Assembly (NCBI GenBank): GCA_019118325.1
Contig: DWZE01000089.1
Span: 1,197-65,196 of the forward strand
Source: Candidatus Bacteroides intestinavium
Lineage (GTDB): Bacteria; Bacteroidota; Bacteroidia; Bacteroidales; Bacteroidaceae
Direction: 5' to 3'
DNA length: 64,000 bases
In this document: positions 56,129 through 64,000 of the stretch, in pieces
Numbering within the stretch: the first letter of the stretch is position 1
How the letters are laid out: each line of letters starts with the position of its first letter
Notes under the pieces: model-generated
The model's input: only the letters and a program-made list of their open reading frames with translations
The model's database searches: none
Told to the model about the DNA's origin: nothing
Translations under genes and position numbers: made by a program

Positions 56129-58144
56129 TTATCGTTCTGCCGGCATAGAAGATTGCGTTGGCCATCCCCATGTCTGATAGAGCACAGAGTTATCCACACT
56201 TTCATCCAGTGACAACAATTGAATCTCACGGATAGGAAGCGGTGAATTATAGTGTGCATTCATCCATGTGTAACCATCGAATACACTGTTACCGGAATTA
56301 ATACGATACGGACGGACATATACACTTTCCTCGCTAGAAGAAATGTTGGCATCCGGATTCGTTGGACCTTCAACATAAGTGATTACTGCATGCATCTCGT
56401 TATAGATAGCAGTCTCATACATGCTCGTCCAGAAATTAACGCCTTCCGGCATATACGGATTATTAATCAACTGATCCATAGCGCACCAGCGCACCAAGTC
56501 GTCCCAACGCATACCTTCGCCCACAAATTCGCAACGACGTTCACGGCGGATGTTATACAGAGTTCTGTCGGACAGAAGATTTCCACTGGAATAAGCACCC
56601 CAGTCGCCTGCGGCTTCTTGGCTTATATCCGTTGCATTGATAGTAGCTTGGAAATCCGTGCTTACGCCTGCACGTGAACGGATAGCTCTCCAGTAATTCT
56701 GGGAAGAAGCGTCCAAACTTCCATCGCGCATATATTGAGCTTCCATATAGTTCAACAGGGCTTCCGTACCACGGAATACAATTTGTGCAGTCTCACTATA
56801 GCCATCACCGAAGCTGTTCTGTTCCCAGTCAAAGCTTTCACCCTTACGGATACGGTAACCTGTCACGTCGCCCATCTGGTCGGTACGTGCCGGTGCCAAT
56901 ACCGGAGTGAAATGGTAGACCGTCTCACGATTGTTGGTCGTAAAAGGCAAGTAGTTGCTTTCGCCGAACACAAAAAGCTGCAAACGACCGTCGCGGTCAG
57001 CCTTTACATTGTCCAACGTTTCATCACCATGATAGCCCGAACCTGCTGCATAGATAGGCAGACCGTTTGCCATCAAGAAGCTTTCTACGTAACCCTTCAA
57101 CAAACCGATACCACCGCTACTAGAGATATAGGCAGGCACACCATGCTGTACGGTAGAAGTACCAATAGTGCCATAATCTCTCCACATCAGGACTTCATCA
57201 ACGCCGGACAAGTCCATGCTGGCATACATTTCAAAATAAGGATTCCAGCCTGTGCCCGGGCTTGCCGGATCTTGATCCAATACCATCGTGTTTTGAGTCA
57301 ACTCGATATTGTCCGCCACCTGTTTGGCAGCATCCATGGCTTGTGTCAGCAAATCGGAAACGTGTGCATCAACATCAAACGAATATCCGGGATGTACGCT
57401 GAAACCAGGCCAGCCTTCATCACCCGGCACACGACCCGTCCCGCGGTGGTAACGTTCATAAGATGCTTCGTACAAGGCCACGCGCGACTTCACCAACAAA
57501 GCCACTTGTTTGTTGATACGGTTATTGGCCATAAAGCCCTTATCGTTCAGCAGTTCGATAGCTCTGTCCAAATCGGCCAGAATGAAATCGGCCACTTCGT
57601 TGCGCGGCATGCGGGTACCATGTGCTATCAGGTCGTCTTTGTTGTCTTCCACCAACTCGGACACAATAGGATAGTCACCGTAGGTTCTCAGACGGGAATA
57701 ATACACCCATGCCCGAAGGAAATACATCTCACCAATGTAGTGACCTGCGTCAGGATAAGAATTATAGAATCCGGACTCATAGCGGGGTAACACCTGTTCG
57801 AAAAAGTAGTTGCAATAACGAATATCTCCGAAGCCCAAATCGCCACTATGCGGCACCAACCAAAGATCTTTGGTGAAGCGGCTCGCGTTAGGACTGGTAG
57901 CGGCCATATTGTCCGTAGCGGCATCGCCATTGATGATATTACCCTGCCCCCATCCTGACGGAGTGGTGAAGAGTGAAGTGTAACGGGCGATACTATAAGC
58001 ACCCAGCTGTTCATCGTTCTGGAAGTATGCTTCCGGAGTCACATTCGAGGGCGGCTCCAAATCAAGGAAGTCATTACAAGCGGTGAAAGTCAACAGGGAG
58101 GTTGCCACCACACCTGTTACAAATAGTTTATTATGTAGTTTCAT
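56129..58144 (-). CDS. RagB/SusD family lipoprotein
   Basis: Lipobox FTAC, GEMYFLRAWVY, FRGTEALLNYMEA, IRRERRCEFVGEGMRWDDL. Confidence 0.95.
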   Translation of the reverse strand: MKLHNKLFVTGVVATSLLTFTACNDFLDLEPPSNVTPEAYFQNDEQLGAYSIARYTSLFTTPSGWGQGNIINGDAATDNMAATSPNASRFTKDLWLVPHSGDLGFGDIRYCNYFFEQVLPRYESGFYNSYPDAGHYIGEMYFLRAWVYYSRLRTYGDYPIVSELVEDNKDDLIAHGTRMPRNEVADFILADLDRAIELLNDKGFMANNRINKQVALLVKSRVALYEASYERYHRGTGRVPGDEGWPGFSVHPGYSFDVDAHVSDLLTQAMDAAKQVADNIELTQNTMVLDQDPASPGTGWNPYFEMYASMDLSGVDEVLMWRDYGTIGTSTVQHGVPAYISSSGGIGLLKGYVESFLMANGLPIYAAGSGYHGDETLDNVKADRDGRLQLFVFGESNYLPFTTNNRETVYHFTPVLAPARTDQMGDVTGYRIRKGESFDWEQNSFGDGYSETAQIVFRGTEALLNYMEAQYMRDGSLDASSQNYWRAIRSRAGVSTDFQATINATDISQEAAGDWGAYSSGNLLSDRTLYNIRRERRCEFVGEGMRWDDLVRWCAMDQLINNPYMPEGVNFWTSMYETAIYNEMHAVITYVEGPTNPDANISSSEESVYVRPYRINSGNSVFDGYTWMNAHYNSPLPIREIQLLSLDESVDNSVLYQTWGWPTQSSMPAER

Positions 58145-58158
58145 TGTCTTATCAGAAT

Positions 58159-61100
58159 TTAGAAGTTAATGTTAACACCTACGGAAAGTACGCGCTGCAA
58201 AGGATATACCTTACCTACATAGCTATTGGCATTGCCGTTATAGGCATCGCCGTTGGATTCCGGGTCGAAAGCATCGCTCAACGAAGTGAACGTCAGCAAG
58301 TTGTCTGCAGAGAAATAGAGACGGAGACGCTCGATGCCAGCTTTCTGTGTCCAAACCTTCGGGAACGTGTAACCCACCGTCAAGTTCTTCAGACGACAAT
58401 AAGCACCATTCTGCAAATAACCAGTCTGCACCTGCTTGTTGCGGCTGGTAAACGAAGGACGCGGCAGATAAGCATCGGTATTTTCCGGTGTCCAGTAATC
58501 CAGAGCTTCATCGAACATACTGGACTGCCATTCATTACCACCGTCCGGACCCCAGAAGTAAGTACCTGTTGTCCACAAGTCGCGTTTGCCCACACCTTGG
58601 AAGAAGAGACGGAGGTCAAAGCCTTTCCAAGCGGCATCCAGCGTCACACCATAGTTGAAACGCGGAGTGCTGTTACCGATGATGCGACGGTCACCCGGAT
58701 CGTCCACGGTGTTAGCGCCAGTATTGACACGACCGTCACCGTTAAGGTCAGCATACATGATGTCACCGGCTCCCCAGTTACTACCAAAGGCATCCTGGTT
58801 AGCATTGGCCAAATGATTTGCCATTTCCTCGTCGCTTTGAGCGATGCCGACGGTGGTGTAACCCCAAATCTCACCCAGCTTCATACCATCGTAATAAGAG
58901 CTGCCGAGACTCTTGGAAGGATTCGGATAGCTGGTCACTTCCTGCTGTGCGTCAGACAGGTTGAACTTCACGCCATAAGAGAAGTCGCCGATGTCATCGC
59001 GCCAGCCCAATTCCAATTCAAAACCATAGGACTTCAAGTCACAGTTGTTCACACTCGGCACACTGGTACCCAGCAAGCTGGACAACTCGGGAGCAGGACC
59101 TACCATGTCGAGAGTCTTGCGGACGAAGTAGCCAATGCTACCGTTCAAACGGCCATTCAGCAAACCGAAATCAAGGCCGATATCCCAAGACTGGATGGTT
59201 TCCCACGTCAAGGACGAGCTAACCAAGCCCGGCATATTGGCATAAGCCAAAGAACTGCCGTTAACAAACCAACCATAGTTGTTGCCCGTAGGCATAGTCA
59301 GGTAGAAGGGATACCAGTTGTTGGTAGCCGTGTTACCCAGTTCACCCCACGAACCTCTCAGCTTCAAGGTCGTGATGGTCGTCTTTTGAGACAAATCCTC
59401 GAAGAACGGTTCACGGGCAATATTCCAACCGGCAGAGAACGATGGGAAAAGTCCCCAACGCTTGTCACCTACGAAACGAGAAGAACCGTCGTAGCGGAGG
59501 TTTACCTCGGCCATATAGCGGTCTTTGTATGCGTAGTTAACACGACCAAAGAAACCGGCTACAGCGTAGTGCTGATATTCGCCAGAAGCCGAATAAGCAC
59601 CCGTAGCTGTATTGATAGTAGGCACATTCGGAGTAATAAGACCATCACGAGTAGCATCTATCTGACGGGTGGTATACTTTTCTGCATTGAAACCGAGCAA
59701 TACTTTAAAGTAATGTCCGCTATCAAACGTCTTGGAATAGTCTGTATAGAGGTTGGTTGCATAATAGTTCTCGCGGTATGTATATTCTTCCACACGGCTA
59801 TCACCTGCGGGAAGACCACCGCCACCAACCAGCCAAGACATTTCCACCGGATTTCCGTTAATGTCCCAATAGTAAACAGGCAAAATCTCGGAGTGTGTGT
59901 ACTGAGTGTTCGTGCGAATGCTACCTTCCAAGTTGATATGCCAATCCTTGATAGGTTCAATGACGATGGCCAATTGGTTAGTATAGACATCTGTCTGCCG
60001 ACGCGTAACACCACCGTCCTCCATCTGCTGGATACCGCTCTCGTTCATAGGATGTCCCAGAGGGTCGTAAGCAGCATGGATAGGCCATTCACGTGCCACA
60101 TTGTGGAAGAATGAACCTTGCAGGTACGTCGGGCGTTCGAAGTCAGTACGCGTCCACTTGGTAGAATAGGTGAGCTTAATCCACTCAGCCAGGTCTGCCG
60201 TAAACTTACCGTTCAACGTGTAGCGTTTCCGGGTATCTTCGCCGTGGCGAATCAAACCTTTCTGGTCCAGGAAACTACCGCTGAAGTAGTACTGCATCTT
60301 ATCACTACCGCCGCTCACACTGATGTTATGCTCCTGCGATGGTGCCCAACGTCCATAAAACTCATCAATCCAGTTTATGTTGTCGTTAGAACCTTCGTTC
60401 CATTTCGCCCAGTTGGTTCCGTTCGGAATGGTCGTGTCCGTAATTCTACCGGCCATAAAATCCTGGATGCGCTGCATATACTCATCATTGAACATGATAC
60501 CTGCACCATCATTGATCTTAGCTTGGTTGAACGCCGTAGCAAAATCATAGGAATTAGACACGGTCGGAAGCCCAATTGGGTCATTAAAACGAACATTACC
60601 CGAATAGTTCACTTTCGCCTTTCCGCTTTGACCGCTCTTGGTGGTAATCAAGATCACACCGAAGGCAGCACGCGCTCCGTAAATAGAAGAGGAGGAAGCG
60701 TCCTTCAACACAGAGATATTCTCAATGTCATCGGGGTTCAATGCGTTCATGTCGCCTTCCAAACCGTCAATCAATACCAACGGGGAAGCTGTAGAACCGG
60801 TACTGATAGTACCCGCACCACGGATATTGATACTCATGGTTCCGTCCAACGAACCACCGCCTGTACCTACGCTCAGGTTCAAGCCCGGAATCTGGCCTTG
60901 CAAGGCCTGGGAAACATTGGCAACAGGACGGGATTCCAATACATCGGATTCAACCATCGAAACGGCACCCGTCACATTTACCTTCTTCTGAACGCCATAA
61001 CCTACAACAACTACTTCATCCAGCAATTCGGCGTCTTCCTTCAACGTGATGTTGAGCGGTTGCCCGTTCCACTTCACCTCTACGGGACTGTAGCCCACGT

Positions 61101-61371
61101 AGGTGACCTGAATGACATCGCCAGGCTTGACATTCTTAATAACGAACTTACCATCAAGGTCCGTAATGGCCCCGTTGGTCGTTCCTTTTACAACTACGGA
61201 TGCACCGATGATTGTCATACCGGTCTCATCCACTACTACACCCGTGCAAGAACCATCCTGCTGTTGGCTGGCTTGGGAAACCTGTCTCTCACTGGGCGCT
61301 GCATACACCGCCCCGCCAGAAATGGCACAGCATAGGAGCAATGCGCTGATAGATTTAAGTCCTTTTCGCAT
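58159..61371 (-). CDS. SusC/RagA TonB-dependent transporter
   Basis: LDEVVVVGYG, VLKDASSSSIYGARAAFGVILITTK, RYDGSSRF, LTWET, terminal GVNINF. Confidence 0.96.
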   Translation of the reverse strand: MRKGLKSISALLLCCAISGGAVYAAPSERQVSQASQQQDGSCTGVVVDETGMTIIGASVVVKGTTNGAITDLDGKFVIKNVKPGDVIQVTYVGYSPVEVKWNGQPLNITLKEDAELLDEVVVVGYGVQKKVNVTGAVSMVESDVLESRPVANVSQALQGQIPGLNLSVGTGGGSLDGTMSINIRGAGTISTGSTASPLVLIDGLEGDMNALNPDDIENISVLKDASSSSIYGARAAFGVILITTKSGQSGKAKVNYSGNVRFNDPIGLPTVSNSYDFATAFNQAKINDGAGIMFNDEYMQRIQDFMAGRITDTTIPNGTNWAKWNEGSNDNINWIDEFYGRWAPSQEHNISVSGGSDKMQYYFSGSFLDQKGLIRHGEDTRKRYTLNGKFTADLAEWIKLTYSTKWTRTDFERPTYLQGSFFHNVAREWPIHAAYDPLGHPMNESGIQQMEDGGVTRRQTDVYTNQLAIVIEPIKDWHINLEGSIRTNTQYTHSEILPVYYWDINGNPVEMSWLVGGGGLPAGDSRVEEYTYRENYYATNLYTDYSKTFDSGHYFKVLLGFNAEKYTTRQIDATRDGLITPNVPTINTATGAYSASGEYQHYAVAGFFGRVNYAYKDRYMAEVNLRYDGSSRFVGDKRWGLFPSFSAGWNIAREPFFEDLSQKTTITTLKLRGSWGELGNTATNNWYPFYLTMPTGNNYGWFVNGSSLAYANMPGLVSSSLTWETIQSWDIGLDFGLLNGRLNGSIGYFVRKTLDMVGPAPELSSLLGTSVPSVNNCDLKSYGFELELGWRDDIGDFSYGVKFNLSDAQQEVTSYPNPSKSLGSSYYDGMKLGEIWGYTTVGIAQSDEEMANHLANANQDAFGSNWGAGDIMYADLNGDGRVNTGANTVDDPGDRRIIGNSTPRFNYGVTLDAAWKGFDLRLFFQGVGKRDLWTTGTYFWGPDGGNEWQSSMFDEALDYWTPENTDAYLPRPSFTSRNKQVQTGYLQNGAYCRLKNLTVGYTFPKVWTQKAGIERLRLYFSADNLLTFTSLSDAFDPESNGDAYNGNANSYVGKVYPLQRVLSVGVNINF

Positions 61372-61612
61372 AATGTGATGTTTTAGTTTAACAATGCATA
61401 TTGCAAGTGGCCGTAAAGATAAGCAAATAATTCTATAAAAAGTATAGGATTGCTAAAAAAATTCCATCACAAGCGGATTTCTATGAATATTCAACCAAGA
61501 GAGGACAAAATATCGCGTATTTACTAAACAGGATTTGCCCTTAGAAGCGTTTTTTCAGAAAAGGGCAGAACCGGAGAGAATAAAGAGAAGAGGAGAGAAA
61601 AAAATGTAAGAA

Positions 61613-61652
61613 GAAGAGGATGCGCCGCCATTGACATCGGCACATCCTCTTC
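61613..61652 (-). terminator. Hairpin downstream of hppA
   Basis: GAAGAGGATGCGCCG/CGGCACATCCTCTTC stem followed by a pyrimidine-rich tract on the minus strand. Confidence 0.6.
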
Positions 61653-61662
61653 CCCACTGTCG

Positions 61663-63864
61663 TCAGAAGAGGCTCCACGCCACCGTCAGACCGGCCATCA
61701 CGATGGCCACCATGCTCATCAGCTTGACCAGGATGTTCAGGCTGGGACCGGAAGTGTCCTTGAAAGGATCGCCCACGGTGTCGCCCACCACGGTTGCCTT
61801 GTGCACTTCGCTGCCTTTGCCGCCGAAGTTGCCTTCTTCAACGTATTTCTTGGCATTGTCCCAGGCACCGCCGGCATTGGCCATGAAGATGGCCAGCACA
61901 AATCCTGCACTCAGGCCGCCGACCAGCAGTCCCATCACACCCGGTATGCCGAAGATGAGGCCCGTAGCCACAGGGGCGATGATGGCCAACAGCGAGGGCA
62001 CGACCATCTCGCGCTGTGCCCCTTTGGTGGAGATGGCCACGCAACGCTCATAATCCGGCTCGGCACGACCGTCGAGGATGCCCTTGATTTCGTTGAACTG
62101 GCGGCGCACCTCGGCCACCATGCGCGAGGCCGCACGCCCCACGGCGTTCATCGTCAGTCCGCAGAACAGGAAGGCCATCATGGCGCCGATGAACATGCCC
62201 GAGAGGACCTTGGGATTCATCAGGGTGACATCATAGTAGTGCATGAAGTCGAAGAACGAGGCATCCTGCAGCGGCACTTGCTCGCCGCCCACGGTCAGTG
62301 TGGTGGTGCCCAGACGGTCCAGGCCGATACGGATTTCCTCCACGTAGGAAGCCAACAGGGAAAGTCCCGTCAGCGCGGCTGAGCCGATGGCAAAGCCCTT
62401 GCCCGTGGCGGCAGTGGTGTTGCCCAATGAATCGAGAGCATCCGTACGGCGGCGCACTTCCTCGCCCAGGCCGGACATCTCGGCGTTGCCGCCGGCATTG
62501 TCGGCGATGGGGCCGTAAGCATCCGTGGCCAGCGTGATGCCCAGGGTGGACAGCATGCCGACGGAAGCAATGCCGATGCCGTAAAGGCCCATGGCCACAT
62601 TGTTAAAGTCGAAGCCCGACGCGAAGAGGTAGGAGGCGATGATGCCCACCACCACCGCTATGACGGGAATGGCCGTAGAGAGCATCCCCAGCCCGATGCC
62701 GGAGATGATGACCGTGGCCGGGCCCGTCTTGCCGCTTTCGCTGAGGCGTTTGGTGGGCTTGTAGGACTGGGAGGTGTAGTACTCCGTGGAGCGTCCGATG
62801 ACGATGCCTACCAGCAGGCCCACCACCACGGAGCAGGACAGCCACAGCCAGTTGTCGATGCCCAATGCCCATAATATAAAGAAGGTGGCGGCCACGATGA
62901 GCACCGAACTGAGGTTGGTGCCCAGCGACAGGGCCCCCAGCAGATCCTTCATCCGGGCATTTTCCTTGGTGCGCACGGCGAAGATGCCCACGAGGGAAAG
63001 CAGGATGCCCACGGCGGCAATCAGCATGGGGGCAATGACGGCCTTGACCTGCATCAGCGTGTCGTCGGCATGGAGGAAAGCGGCAGCGCCCAACGCAGCC
63101 GTGGCGAGGATGGAGCCGCAATAGCTCTCGTAGAGGTCGGCTCCCATGCCGGCCACGTCGCCCACATTGTCGCCCACGTTGTCGGCAATGGTGGCGGGGT
63201 TGCGGGGATCGTCTTCCGGGATGCCCGCCTCGACCTTGCCCACCAGGTCGGCGCCCACGTCGGCTGCCTTGGTGTAGATGCCGCCTCCCACACGGGCGAA
63301 GAGGGCCTGGGTGGAGGCACCCATGCCGAAGGTCAACATGGTGGTGGTGATGACGCAGAGTTTATGGCCGGGCGTCAGCGCGTCGGCGGGAATGACAGCC
63401 TGCAGCAAGAGATACCAGAAGGAAATGTCCAGCAAACCCAGCCCCACGACCACCAGGCCCATCACCGCGCCACTGCGGAAGGCGATGCGCAGGCCGGAGT
63501 TGAGCGAGCGGCGGGCGGCGTGTGCCGTGCGGGCGGAAGCATAGGTGGCTGTCTTCATGCCCAGAAAGCCGGACAGGCCGGAGAAGAAGCCGCCGGTCAG
63601 GAAGGCGATGGGCACCCACGAGTTCTGCACGTGGAAGCCGTAGGCCATGACGGCAAACACGAGGGCCAGGCACACAAACACGAGGGCCACGACCTTGTAC
63701 TGTTGTTTGAGGTAAGACATCGCCCCCTTGCGGACAGCGGCGGCGATTTTCATCATCTGAGGGGTACCCTCACTTTCTTTCATCATTTGCCGGTGGAAAT
63801 ACCAAGCGAACGCCAGTGCCAGGACTGAAGATGCCGGCACCAGCCAAAATAGAGATTGCTCCAT
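61663..63864 (-). CDS. hppA: Membrane-integral pyrophosphatase, K+-dependent, Na+,H+-PPase type
   Basis: [27 protein letters not shown] (K+-dependent), [10 protein letters not shown], and T90/F94/D146/M176 signature. Confidence 0.95.
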   Translation of the reverse strand: MEQSLFWLVPASSVLALAFAWYFHRQMMKESEGTPQMMKIAAAVRKGAMSYLKQQYKVVALVFVCLALVFAVMAYGFHVQNSWVPIAFLTGGFFSGLSGFLGMKTATYASARTAHAARRSLNSGLRIAFRSGAVMGLVVVGLGLLDISFWYLLLQAVIPADALTPGHKLCVITTTMLTFGMGASTQALFARVGGGIYTKAADVGADLVGKVEAGIPEDDPRNPATIADNVGDNVGDVAGMGADLYESYCGSILATAALGAAAFLHADDTLMQVKAVIAPMLIAAVGILLSLVGIFAVRTKENARMKDLLGALSLGTNLSSVLIVAATFFILWALGIDNWLWLSCSVVVGLLVGIVIGRSTEYYTSQSYKPTKRLSESGKTGPATVIISGIGLGMLSTAIPVIAVVVGIIASYLFASGFDFNNVAMGLYGIGIASVGMLSTLGITLATDAYGPIADNAGGNAEMSGLGEEVRRRTDALDSLGNTTAATGKGFAIGSAALTGLSLLASYVEEIRIGLDRLGTTTLTVGGEQVPLQDASFFDFMHYYDVTLMNPKVLSGMFIGAMMAFLFCGLTMNAVGRAASRMVAEVRRQFNEIKGILDGRAEPDYERCVAISTKGAQREMVVPSLLAIIAPVATGLIFGIPGVMGLLVGGLSAGFVLAIFMANAGGAWDNAKKYVEEGNFGGKGSEVHKATVVGDTVGDPFKDTSGPSLNILVKLMSMVAIVMAGLTVAWSLF

Positions 63865-64000
63865 GGCAGGTCTGTTTTTTAAAAGGTTTATCAGGTTGTT
63901 TAATTCGCTGTCCGAATGTAGTATTTTTGCAGGAGATGTGCAAGGAGAGGCCGAAAACTTTAAGGCTTTATAGCGTTTATTGGTAGAATGCAGGAGGGAA

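Noticed and set aside
58102-61335. Long plus-strand ORFs (670 aa, 405 aa) antisense to susC
   Set aside because: Shadow frames of a well-supported gene, with no recognisable motifs.

Overview
This is a mostly core-genome 64 kb window from a Bacteroidaceae (Bacteroides/Phocaeicola-like) chromosome, based on TAnnTTTG promoters, a SusC/SusD pair and Bacteroides-type gene order. It contains RNA-modification genes, a GC-rich block (ModF-like ATPase, LTA-synthase-family protein, LpxF-like PAP2, MscS), a four-subunit 2-oxoacid:ferredoxin oxidoreductase operon, uvrB, paaK-ACT, bamD-rpoZ, a TPP-riboswitch-led thiamine operon with a ThiE-like/ThiD fusion, purF-carA-carB, a sterol-sulfotransferase-like gene, ruvX, def, an ADP-forming acyl-CoA synthetase, an Rpn-family nuclease, an orphan SusC/SusD pair and a Na+,H+-PPase. 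The best candidate for an undescribed system is an AT-rich four-gene outer-membrane operon at about 45.9-50.3 kb. It encodes the two halves of a YjbH/GfcD-like barrel protein as separate genes in swapped order, with a His-rich-tailed surface lipoprotein between them and an OmpA gene after. The intergenic DNA carries several families of short palindromic, sometimes nested repeats, 21-23 bp tandem arrays, a probable IS5-type MITE, and an exact 27 bp inverted repeat pair about 9.9 kb apart. No rRNA, tRNA or CRISPR array was seen. Family assignments come from motifs and recalled similarity, not database searches.
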